Positions 40,492 to 49,107 of a DNA stretch of 64,000 bases are shown here, piece by piece (the stretch's first letter is position 1; each line of letters begins with the position of its first letter). This stretch comes from an uncultured Shewanella sp. Its GTDB lineage: Bacteria > Pseudomonadota > Gammaproteobacteria > Enterobacterales > Shewanellaceae. The notes under the pieces were generated by a model, which worked only from the letters and a program-made list of their open reading frames with translations, made no database searches and was not told where the DNA came from. The translations under genes and the position numbers were made by a program. The stretch spans positions 44,501-108,500 of the forward strand of contig NZ_CANLKR010000012.1 of assembly GCF_947491715.1 (NCBI RefSeq), written 5' to 3'.

Positions 40492-42747
40492 TCAAAACTG
40501 ATACCGAAAATAACCACCCGATGTCGCGTTATCTGGATACCAGTCAAATTCAATGGGCGTTACACCATCCACATAAAAATCGTTATTGCCAAACACAATA
40601 AAATTCATCGCATGAGTTGGGCTGTTAATCCAATGCAATGGTAAAAACACCTCCCCCGTCTGGCCGCTCCAAATCCGGCCCATTTCATAACCGCCACTAT
40701 TGGGTGAGACAATCCATTGCCAATCATTTCCAGAACCTGAATATTGGTAAACATTCACCCCTTCGATTAAGTAATCAGCGCCAATGGGAAAGGCAGTAAT
40801 CCCCCCAAAGCTGCCTTTAAATCCAGTGGTGGCATCATCGTCACTATCGATAAAGACTTGAAAACCCCAGCTGATGTAAATGTTAGTTTCATTGGTATAG
40901 GCCATCAATAATTCATTGGTATCAGTCGTATGAGCAACGTGAATACCTCTCCAATTGGCTTGATTGCCTTGACCACTGATGTTATCCGCAGCGCTGACTT
41001 CAACGATATCGTCAGGATCCACCGGATAGGCTACAATCGTCGACCAATCTCCTAATAAACCATCTAACGTAATTAAGGATTTAAGGATAGGGTTTGACAT
41101 GGGCGTTGCAAGTGAATAGGTCAAGCCCAAATCCTCTTCATTTCGATTCCCTTTAGCATCTTCTGTATAAACTTTGACACGAAAATCATCACCTAAGGTC
41201 AAACCGGAAATCACGGCTTGGTTGGCGCTATGCTCGATTGGATTATGTAACCATGCAGGATTAGTGGTAAAGGCAACATCATCATGCACAGTAATACTGC
41301 CTGTTGACAGGTTTTCAACCGAAATGTCGTAATGGACGGGATAGGATTGATCGATAGCCATATCCCATGTAATAACCATATCTGTTGAGGTCGCCCCTTC
41401 TGTTACCGATTGCGCGCCGACTCTCATGTTGGTATTTGGCGTGTTATATAAATGGTGACCCGTATTATCCCAAGCGGGTGGTGTGCTATCGTTATGGCTG
41501 TCTGGTAACAACGCTGCCATTGCCAAACTATACGTGGCTAAATCACCATTCGGTGCTAAATAGTTAACCAAGCCCATTTCTCTTACAGCAATCTCAAAAC
41601 TGTCTAATTCAACGTGTTGGCGACCACTTTGATAATCTAAACCAAACACAGTGAAGCCGTCTTCTCGATTCGATTCAGCAATGACTTTGGGGGCACTGTT
41701 AAAACGGTTCTCGTTATAGTACTCAGACACACCATTTGTTCCATCCGTTGAGGGATCGCTGTCATAGCGAAAGCTCTCAAACAAAAATGCGTTTATATAA
41801 GGACGAATATTGTAATCTATTGAATATTCATTCGTAACGGGGCTTTTGAGCCCAGGTGAGAAATAAAAGGCGCCACGATTGGCCATCACGAGTTTATTAG
41901 GATATTGATCGCTAATGAATTTAACCGTTTGTTGCATGGCCTGAGCAGTCCAAGGGTACCAGCCAGCATTATCGTAAGGCCCCGCGGTATCAATGGTATC
42001 TAAAAAGAATCCATCAAAACCGAAGTTTGTTGAGCGTTCACGAAGGTTGGAGGCGTCTCTACCACCCGCTAATTGCGCTAAGCCTGCCTTGTATTGACGG
42101 CCAGCGACATTGGCAGAGCCTATCCTCATGTTATCCAAAACCCAGCGCCAATTCGCATCGGGATACACCATAAATCCATGAAAGTGCGGATTTAAATCAG
42201 GTAAACCATCGGGGGTTAATCGAGCAGTCGTTGTCACGCTTTCAACATCACCGTTTGGGTGATAAGTGACTGTTTGTGTATCAACATCCATATAAAAACT
42301 TTGTAGCGTCGTAGCCGGTACAGTGACAAGTTGATGAGAGGATGGATCGTATGCCCTCATGCCAGTGCCGTTACCTAATGCCGATTCTAGTGATTGATTA
42401 ACATAGTCTTCACCAATACTGATGTAACCCAATACCTTGTCCACGCCACCCGCTTTTAAAGCCTGAACAATTTCAGGGGTAAACGTCCATTGGTTTGGTT
42501 GCACCACGACCACATCAAAGTCCGACAACGTATTAATGAGAGATTGGTTAATAACCCAATTCTCTGAACTGGCTTGAGTATTGGTATAAAAATCATTGCC
42601 GTAATAAACAATAAATGTAGAATCACTGTTTATATTAGGGATCGGCCCTCGGTCTGCTAACACATTTGTTGTAAGTAGCGTTGAGAGTAATGTTATAAGG
42701 AGTGCTGAGCGCACTAAAACGAGATAATTGACATTGAGAGTATTCAT
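40492..42747 (-). CDS. secreted multidomain protein with a GH114-like TIM-barrel (putative exopolysaccharide hydrolase)
   Basis: Signal peptide. DVVVVQP...VLGYISIGE and GFDGFFLDTID resemble GH114/GHL-type motifs. The C-terminal beta-rich domains could not be assigned. Confidence 0.4.
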   Translation of the reverse strand: MNTLNVNYLVLVRSALLITLLSTLLTTNVLADRGPIPNINSDSTFIVYYGNDFYTNTQASSENWVINQSLINTLSDFDVVVVQPNQWTFTPEIVQALKAGGVDKVLGYISIGEDYVNQSLESALGNGTGMRAYDPSSHQLVTVPATTLQSFYMDVDTQTVTYHPNGDVESVTTTARLTPDGLPDLNPHFHGFMVYPDANWRWVLDNMRIGSANVAGRQYKAGLAQLAGGRDASNLRERSTNFGFDGFFLDTIDTAGPYDNAGWYPWTAQAMQQTVKFISDQYPNKLVMANRGAFYFSPGLKSPVTNEYSIDYNIRPYINAFLFESFRYDSDPSTDGTNGVSEYYNENRFNSAPKVIAESNREDGFTVFGLDYQSGRQHVELDSFEIAVREMGLVNYLAPNGDLATYSLAMAALLPDSHNDSTPPAWDNTGHHLYNTPNTNMRVGAQSVTEGATSTDMVITWDMAIDQSYPVHYDISVENLSTGSITVHDDVAFTTNPAWLHNPIEHSANQAVISGLTLGDDFRVKVYTEDAKGNRNEEDLGLTYSLATPMSNPILKSLITLDGLLGDWSTIVAYPVDPDDIVEVSAADNISGQGNQANWRGIHVAHTTDTNELLMAYTNETNIYISWGFQVFIDSDDDATTGFKGSFGGITAFPIGADYLIEGVNVYQYSGSGNDWQWIVSPNSGGYEMGRIWSGQTGEVFLPLHWINSPTHAMNFIVFGNNDFYVDGVTPIEFDWYPDNATSGGYFRYQF

Positions 42748-42945
42748 AACATTAATCCTTTACTTTAATGAACAAGTCCATTGTCACAACATTCATTGAT
42801 CCCTTAATTTTAGCCTCAAATCGTGACATCAGACATTAAAATGGTTAAATGTTCCCCCTTCTAGTCCCCTTCTAGCCAATCTTCTAGTTAATAAAAAGCC
42901 AAGCAAAAGCCAATCAAAAGCTGATCGGGTCAACGAGTAAGCCTT

Positions 42946-42996
42946 GTTAAATGCTTAAGCTTTATTAACAGCTTAACCACTAGCAAGAATGGTCAC
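42946..42996. repeat. left copy of an approximately 48-bp direct repeat
   Basis: GTTAAATGCTTAAGCTTTATTAACAGCTTAACCACTAGCAAGAATGGTCAC compared with the copy at 44335-44383. Confidence 0.7.
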
Positions 42997-43078
42997 TTTG
43001 GCCTAAGCAGCTTATTTTCAATACGTTATAGATAGTTGTGCTTGCTGGTTGCTTAAAAGTTTACTCTGACCCCACTTT

Positions 43079-43885
43079 TTACAATTTAACGGATCTTACC
43101 GCTATCATGGTTTGCATATATTCCTCAATAAGAAAACGAGGACTCGGGTGATCATCCTCATAAAATCCTGATACTACAAATCCAGCCTCTATCTGTTGAC
43201 CAATCTGCTGTGTCAATGTATGACCAAAAACTAATGCTTCTCCATTTAACCGTTTCTCTTTATAGTCCTTTTCTTCCAAGCTACTAACGTCAGAATAAGG
43301 CAACACATATTTAGGCTTCAGTAATCCTTGTTCAATTGTTGGCGTATCTTTATCAAATATAAAAAGAACCGGATTATAAAAACTGGTCAGCAATACACCA
43401 CTTTGTTTCAACACACGGTAACACTCTCGCCACAGTGACTCCAAAGCAGGAATGTATAAATTTGAAATAGGTGAAAGGATAAAATCAAAGGTGTTATCAC
43501 TAAAAACGGAAAGATCGCGCATATCACCTTGAATGGTTTTAAGCGTCAATCCATCCCGTTGAGCGATGAAATCATCTTTTTCCAACTGACCTTTAGATAT
43601 ATCGTAAACGGTAACGTCTGCACCTGCAGCAGAGAGAACAGGCGCTTGCTGACCTCCGGCGGATGCAAGGCAAAGAATTTTCTTTCCTCTTATATCCTTT
43701 GGTAACCAATCATCATCTAAGGCTTTCTTGGTGATATGAACATTCCAATGCCCTTGTTTCGCTTGCTCGATAATCTCTTGTGATACAGGCCTAGACCAAG
43801 CCCCATTTGCTTGCGCATAACCATCCCAAACAACACCGTTGTGCTCAACGACATATTTATCTTTATCTAAATTATTTTCAGTCAT
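43079..43885 (-). CDS. class I SAM-dependent methyltransferase
   Basis: Rossmann-type motif I ILCLASAGGQQ, an acidic residue after beta-2 (VYDIS), and post-I/II motifs. Confidence 0.65.
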   Translation of the reverse strand: MTENNLDKDKYVVEHNGVVWDGYAQANGAWSRPVSQEIIEQAKQGHWNVHITKKALDDDWLPKDIRGKKILCLASAGGQQAPVLSAAGADVTVYDISKGQLEKDDFIAQRDGLTLKTIQGDMRDLSVFSDNTFDFILSPISNLYIPALESLWRECYRVLKQSGVLLTSFYNPVLFIFDKDTPTIEQGLLKPKYVLPYSDVSSLEEKDYKEKRLNGEALVFGHTLTQQIGQQIEAGFVVSGFYEDDHPSPRFLIEEYMQTMIAVRSVKL

Positions 43886-43995
43886 AATACATTTCCAGAA
43901 TAGCGACCATCACTGCGTATTTAATAACAAACGTATTAATGATCGACTTATGATGACAGTCGGTTTTAACCCTCAATGCCTAATACATGCCCTGA

Positions 43996-44039
43996 TTAAA
44001 ATAGAGTTAAAATAGGGCCAAAATAGGGTTAAAATAGAC
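43996..44039. repeat. four tandem 11-bp iteron-like repeats (TTAAAATAGRG)
   Basis: TTAAAATAGAG TTAAAATAGGG CCAAAATAGGG TTAAAATAGAC, contiguous with an 11-bp period. Confidence 0.8.
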
Positions 44040-44334
44040 ACCACAGATAATGCTTACTTTAAAATATGATGAAACTGCTAAGCATGGCTCTACTTCGATA
44101 ATAGAACGGATAGAAACAATAGCAGTGAGAAAAATATCCTTATGAACATATCTGCAACGATAAAATACACTTAAATTTTTATAAAAAATAATAGTGTCAT
44201 TTTAGTTACTTGTTCATATCGGTATTCTCCATTGTTGAAGGGGATAACAATTCAGACCATGGAGCATACCTCCCCTGCCCTCAAGATTCAACTGCAACCC
44301 AAATAATAAAAAATCGTTAACCAAACCATCCATG

Positions 44335-44383
44335 GTTAAATCCTTAAACTTTATTAACAACTTAGCCACCAGCAAAGGATCAC
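44335..44383. repeat. right copy of the approximately 48-bp direct repeat
   Basis: GTTAAATCCTTAAACTTTATTAACAACTTAGCCACCAGCAAAGGATCAC. Most positions are identical to the left copy. Confidence 0.7.
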
Positions 44384-44486
44384 AACTCTCAACCTCAATA
44401 TTTTCTAACTTACCATCTACTTTACTTTCAATTGTTTAGAAGTAAATAATTGTGGGGAGGTTATGGCAAGCCCCAAAAATTTAAAA

Positions 44487-45323
44487 CTAACTGGTTTCAC
44501 TTTCAGTTGCTAACTTTACCCGATTAAATAAACATAGTTGTTGTTTACCAGATGCTATTAACTTTTGCTCTAGAAATCTTGTTACATCTGCATCAAGATC
44601 ATCACTATTAATTTTTTCTACAAGCATATCGAGACCATATAGTTCAGAATGAGTTTCTTTACTCTCTAATAAATAAATAATTAAAATCGCTACCGAATTG
44701 GAATACTTCGAAACCCAATCCTTTTTACTCAAACTGTACAAGAGGTTAGAATGAGTAAGATCTGATACAGGCATAAGTTTTATCAGGCTAACCATCTTCT
44801 CGAAAAGATCTGGAATATTCTTAAGTAAACTCAACATAGCTCCAGCTTCCTTAGCATCAAAGAGCATTGGTTTTCCCTTAATACGGTTCTGCCAATATGG
44901 TTTAAACCAACTTATCCATATATCTGACTGACGAATAGATTTCTGCTTAGAGAAAAAACGAGACAAGTGACAAGCGAAAATGACCTTATGCTCACCTGAC
45001 ATACCATCTGATAATAACTTGGGTAACCAATCTATATGTGGATTTTCAACACACCAAAATGCAACTGCAACATAGTGCTCAATAAACTTAGCTTCTTTCC
45101 CAGGCAAAAGTTCTTCAAACATTCCTCTCATTTTTTCAAAGTACGGTCTAACACTGGCAAACAAAGTAGCGCTTATACCACTACTAGCCAATAATCCATG
45201 CCAAGCTTGCTCAGTTCTTTTAGATGTTGACTCAAGTAATTGTAATATATGCTCCACCGTCCATTCAGCATCTACATTGTAAAGAAAATTAATCTGCCGA
45301 CAGAGTAATGCTAATTCAGACAC
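44487..45323 (-). CDS. hypothetical all-helical protein, possibly the 3' remnant of a larger gene
   Basis: The ORF opens with GTG three codons after an in-frame stop, with no SD, and the first ATG comes only after about 60 codons. No motif recognised. Confidence 0.35.
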   Translation of the reverse strand: MSELALLCRQINFLYNVDAEWTVEHILQLLESTSKRTEQAWHGLLASSGISATLFASVRPYFEKMRGMFEELLPGKEAKFIEHYVAVAFWCVENPHIDWLPKLLSDGMSGEHKVIFACHLSRFFSKQKSIRQSDIWISWFKPYWQNRIKGKPMLFDAKEAGAMLSLLKNIPDLFEKMVSLIKLMPVSDLTHSNLLYSLSKKDWVSKYSNSVAILIIYLLESKETHSELYGLDMLVEKINSDDLDADVTRFLEQKLIASGKQQLCLFNRVKLATESETS

Positions 45324-45559
45324 CCAAAATTAATTTCTTACGACACAGCCCAAAATCCACGGGCTACAAAGCGACTCTTTGAGCTATCTCAGTGACATCA
45401 AGGTGAATTTAACATCATCATCGTCAGTAATGATATAAAAATAACTGATCCATATGGGTTTCAGACAAGAGTCAATCGCAGAGCAATATTTTAAGCGTGT
45501 TCAGAGCGATATAAAGATGGGAGGACACATGATTAGAACTCAATACTCATCAAAAGCCA

Positions 45560-46579
45560 TTAAGCACTATCAAGCCAACGATGACAATTCCCAGCGCCTT
45601 GTCGCCGCTTTCGCTCTAAATGAGCACAATAGGCATCCAGTTCTTGTAAGCTACCTGCTGGGCCTTTAAATAAACGAGTAAACTCTGTCGTCAATTTAAG
45701 CCAGTTTTCTTGGGGAATATTCAATCTATTGAGAATAGGCATAGCTAACTCACTGATTGAACCTCGCTTATCGTTTCGCTTATTATGAAGAATTAGTCGC
45801 CCCGTTTCATCTACTAACTTCAAATAATCACCCAAATGAAAGTGTAATCCTTTTGGCATATCAAGCCTTTCATTACCTACAAACGCCAATAAATTTGCAG
45901 GTTGTTCACCTTTAAACGCAGCCTTTATGCGCCTTTGAATACTGGTAAAATCTGACTGCTCTGGCGTGTCTGCAATTTTTGCGCGAATAGGATTTAAATC
46001 GACATAGGCCATACAAGAAAGTACCGCCGCCTCATCTAATAATGCTTGGCTTTTAAACCGTCCTTCCCAAAACCGTCCACTACACTTGTCCTCAAAATTC
46101 GCTTTTCTTGCAATAGGTTCATTTAGTGCTCTCATGAACCAGCTTATATCACTTAGGCGACTTCGGTACTTTGCAATCGTTTTTGATAATAAAACCATTT
46201 CATGAGGCTCTAATGACACATCATTAGTCAATTTTTGGGTAATATCAGTTCCATTGAATAACTGATGCCAGCGCTCGGCAACTTCAAGTTCAGACCAAGA
46301 GTTTGCTTTATAAATATCCACATTTAATACTAAATGCAGATGATTTGACATCACCGCATAGGCACAGATATCAATGGCAAAAACGTCTGCAAGCTCAAGG
46401 ATTCGGTCTTCAACCCATTCACGTCGATGCTCATAAGATTGGCCTGTGTAATCATCAACACCACACAGGTAAGCCCGCCTAACACAGCGAGATACACAAT
46501 GATAAAAGGAAGTGTCTTCCAAGCTCACTATCGCTTTCCTTGATGTCGGCATAAATCCATCCATTGATAGCTTATTCAC
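45560..46579 (-). CDS. Y1 HUH (IS200-like, COG1943-type) transposase-like protein, long form
   Basis: HUH motif SNHLHLVL and catalytic-Tyr context AYVDLNPIRAKI. N-terminus TSFYHCVSRCVRRAYL is typical of this family. Confidence 0.7.
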   Translation of the reverse strand: MNKLSMDGFMPTSRKAIVSLEDTSFYHCVSRCVRRAYLCGVDDYTGQSYEHRREWVEDRILELADVFAIDICAYAVMSNHLHLVLNVDIYKANSWSELEVAERWHQLFNGTDITQKLTNDVSLEPHEMVLLSKTIAKYRSRLSDISWFMRALNEPIARKANFEDKCSGRFWEGRFKSQALLDEAAVLSCMAYVDLNPIRAKIADTPEQSDFTSIQRRIKAAFKGEQPANLLAFVGNERLDMPKGLHFHLGDYLKLVDETGRLILHNKRNDKRGSISELAMPILNRLNIPQENWLKLTTEFTRLFKGPAGSLQELDAYCAHLERKRRQGAGNCHRWLDSA

Positions 46580-46619
46580 TCATCAAAGCCTAGTTTATGG
46601 TCATTAATAAGTCAAATAA

Positions 46620-47450
46620 CTATGGGTGTCTAAATTGATCCGATAACTTGCCATGAATACGCAAAAGATAAGACCATGGGTCTTCTGACTCTATACGATG
46701 AACTGCTCGATGACAGTTTGCACATATGATTGCAAGATCAGATTCCTTAGTTTTTTCACCAGCCTTTATTTTATTCAATGGTTTTTTATGATGTGCCTCT
46801 GCATAACTAAAACCATACTTGGGCAGAAAGTCATAGCCGCACACTTCACAAAATAAAGAGCCATTTTCCTTAACAAATCTCTCTTTTGCTTTTTTTACCA
46901 ACAGGCTATCTCGTTCCCTTACTTTGTGAGTCCTAAGGCGCGTTTTACTTTCATCTGTTTCATACTCATCATCTTCAAGGTCGAGTGTTTCTTCATGCCA
47001 CAACGACCAAATTTTGCTAAATTCGCTTATTGTTAACTTGAAGTTTGTACCTTGTCTTGCAGTTAAGAGCTGCATCTTTGACAGCTCTTTATCTCTGAGC
47101 AGCAGGCTCGACTCGACCAGTCCCTTGTTAATATCAAGCCGAGTTTCCTCGATCCTTATTCCAACCTTAATCTCAGAAACCTCTCTTTTCTCCCAGTACT
47201 CCTCAAGTAAGAATTCAGGGTGAAGCACTTTGTTTTTATCTGTGGGAGCTTCAGTTATTTTTCCGTACGCAACTAGCCCATACGGATCTTTAGATTTACC
47301 TTTAGAACGCCATATGAAAACTCTGTCACCAACTAGCATTTCAGCTTGATGCTTTCGGTGCTTAACAGCCCAGTAGATGTAGTCGAAGTCTTTAAGATAC
47401 GTATCTATATCAAAGTCTTCTCTATTTCCTCTAAATATCCAGTCGGTCAC
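46620..47450 (-). CDS. EVE (PUA-like) domain fused to an HNH nuclease; candidate modification-dependent (type IV) restriction endonuclease
   Basis: The N-terminal pattern WIFRGN...YWAVKH...VGDRVFIW...GLVAYGKI resembles EVE domains. The C-terminal CEVCGYDF...AHHKKPL...CANCHRAVH is an HNH zinc-finger nuclease motif. GTG start preceded by GGAGAG. Confidence 0.65.
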   Translation of the reverse strand: MTDWIFRGNREDFDIDTYLKDFDYIYWAVKHRKHQAEMLVGDRVFIWRSKGKSKDPYGLVAYGKITEAPTDKNKVLHPEFLLEEYWEKREVSEIKVGIRIEETRLDINKGLVESSLLLRDKELSKMQLLTARQGTNFKLTISEFSKIWSLWHEETLDLEDDEYETDESKTRLRTHKVRERDSLLVKKAKERFVKENGSLFCEVCGYDFLPKYGFSYAEAHHKKPLNKIKAGEKTKESDLAIICANCHRAVHRIESEDPWSYLLRIHGKLSDQFRHP

Positions 47451-47464
47451 AATCTCTCCGCAGA

Positions 47465-47528
47465 GTTATAACGCACGTGTCACGGGGACCGAGCGTAGCG
47501 AGGGATCCCGTGGACACGCTTGTTAAGT
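47465..47528 (-). other. integron attC site (end of the cupin cassette)
   Basis: Minus strand reads ACTTAAC-AAGCGTGTCCACGGGATCCC...GGTCCCCGTGACACGTGC-GTTATAA: RYYYAAC and GTT cores flanking an imperfect palindrome with bulges. The gene's stop codon lies inside the first core. Confidence 0.75.
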
Positions 47529-47897
47529 GGTTTTTTTTGATTGGCTTGGATATGAAACTTCTAATACCAAACATTCTTCTTCACACACAAATGGCCCATG
47601 AATCTCTCCAGGAGGCCTACTAGCAAAATGGCCCGCCTCCAGCCAAACATCAAAGGCCTCATCATACAAACGACCCGACACTATATAAATTTCTTCTGGG
47701 TATTCATGTGATTTACCACCAAAGCTTTTTGTGTCAGCTCCTTTTTTGAATCTTGTTAATCGTGTGTAATCCCCTGTATTTAGATCCATTGCCAAAGTAA
47801 GCTCTTCCAGCATACCATTTGTTCCATCAATGGGTTTCCATTTATCTTTGTTTTCACTTGCAAGAACATTCCAGTATGTGGCTGTATCTTTTCCCAT
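47523..47897 (-). CDS. cupin-domain protein (integron cassette 2)
   Basis: Small beta-barrel pattern (HEYPEEIYIVSGRL...PPGEIHGPF), bounded by attC sites. Confidence 0.6.
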   Translation of the reverse strand: MGKDTATYWNVLASENKDKWKPIDGTNGMLEELTLAMDLNTGDYTRLTRFKKGADTKSFGGKSHEYPEEIYIVSGRLYDEAFDVWLEAGHFASRPPGEIHGPFVCEEECLVLEVSYPSQSKKTT

Positions 47898-48017
47898 GCA
47901 TCCCCCTCTTATTACTCAGTACTTTTCCATTCCATACCAGAATAAATTTACAACAATGCAAAGTTCTTGACTATCGTTTTTTAAATTTTCATGCAGGATT
48001 TATATTCGCTAATTACC

Positions 48018-48079
48018 ACTTAACGCCAAGCACACCGGCTGCGCGTCTAGCGCAGTCCGAGTGGTGCGCCTTGTTATAT
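48018..48079 (-). other. integron attC site (end of the LysE cassette)
   Basis: Minus strand reads ATATAAC-AAGGCGCACCACTCGGACTGCG...CGCAGCCGGTGTGCTTGGC-GTTAAGT. It starts 6 nt after the LysE stop and is an imperfect palindrome with extrahelical bases. Confidence 0.75.
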
Positions 48080-48085
48080 GGCTAT

Positions 48086-48697
48086 TTATCGGCTTGAGGC
48101 TGCTAAACCAATACCAAAGCTAATGAAAATACTACCACTGATTTTGTTAAATAATGATTTATTATTATGAGGAAGTAGTTTTGATTTTGCTATAACTGCA
48201 AATATGGCATACAACATATGAATAATTATTACTAAAATACTAAACGTAACTGCTAGTATAAATAATTGACTGCTGTAATCTTGAGTTTTATCAATAAATT
48301 GAGGAAGTATTGATATGAAGAATATTATTGCTTTTGGGTTCGATGTGGAAACCATAAAACCTTCAAAAAAACACTTTAAGGTTGAAGTATTTGTGGTGTT
48401 CATTGATGTTTTAATTTCAGATTTATCTCGCAACATTTTCAACCCTAGATAGACCAAATAAGCTGCACCAACAAACTTTAAAATTGTAAATGCTACTACT
48501 GACTGTTCTAACAATACTCCTAAGCCAGTAGCCGAAATAAGGGCGATTAAAAGAATCCCAAGAGCAACTCCCAAAATTCCAGAAATGGCCTTCACTAACC
48601 CTTTTTGAATTGAGTTATTTATAGTCAGCAATACTGCTGGCCCAGGTAATGAAATGGTAGCCATAGCTACACCTATATACACTAGATAAATATCCAT
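48086..48697 (-). CDS. LysE/RhtB-family exporter (integron cassette 1)
   Basis: PGPAVL, TSNPKAIIFF and six TM segments. It is the first gene after the attI junction. Confidence 0.75.
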   Translation of the reverse strand: MDIYLVYIGVAMATISLPGPAVLLTINNSIQKGLVKAISGILGVALGILLIALISATGLGVLLEQSVVAFTILKFVGAAYLVYLGLKMLRDKSEIKTSMNTTNTSTLKCFFEGFMVSTSNPKAIIFFISILPQFIDKTQDYSSQLFILAVTFSILVIIIHMLYAIFAVIAKSKLLPHNNKSLFNKISGSIFISFGIGLAASSR

Positions 48698-48728
48698 TCT
48701 TACTCCTTAGGATAGATTTTTTGGGAGT

Positions 48729-48738
48729 GCCATATAAC
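48729..48738 (-). other. probable attI/first-cassette recombination junction
   Basis: Plus-strand GCCATATAAC here is the exact reverse complement of GTTATATGGC at 48073-48082 in the LysE attC. This is expected if the cassette was inserted at G/TT. Confidence 0.55.
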
Positions 48739-49073
48739 AGCTTATTCAACAGCAGCAGGATAATCTTCCAGACTGCATACTATTTTTAAGCTAGAGTATA
48801 CTACTAACCCATTGTTATACAATCATTATCAATCAAAAGTTAACTATTTACTAACTAGAAACCAAGAAAAAAACATGCAGCAGTGTTTACGAGGTCTGCA
48901 TATCACTTTTTAACATATAATTAAAAGTTAAATTATATCAATTAATTGTGTAACTTTTCTACTTTATACTCAATATTATCGCTGCATCGAATATTGCTAT
49001 CCCTATGATAATGACCTTATGGTAAATGAGTCGCGCATCTTTTTTCTTGCACAATATTCAAAACCAGCTATAA

Positions 49074-49089
49074 CTGTATATAAACACAG
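49074..49089. promoter_or_regulatory. LexA (SOS) box CTGTATATAAACACAG at the intI promoter
   Basis: Perfect CTGT-N8-ACAG, 19 nt upstream of the intI ATG. TTGCAC (49047-49052) and TATAAC (49069-49074) form a plausible -35/-10 that abuts or overlaps it. Confidence 0.7.
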
Positions 49090-49107
49090 TTGTATATTGG
49101 TAATCAC

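Noticed and set aside
44090-44149. A 19-aa hydrophobic minus-strand mini-ORF (MFIRIFFSLLLFLSVLLSK) resembling type I toxins of the Ibs class.
   Set aside because: No Shine-Dalgarno sequence, no evident antisense RNA or promoter structure, and such ORFs arise easily by chance in AT-rich DNA.
45454-45669. A 71-aa plus-strand ORF overlapping the 3' end of the Y1 transposase-like gene.
   Set aside because: It overlaps a supported gene in antisense and has no supporting signals.
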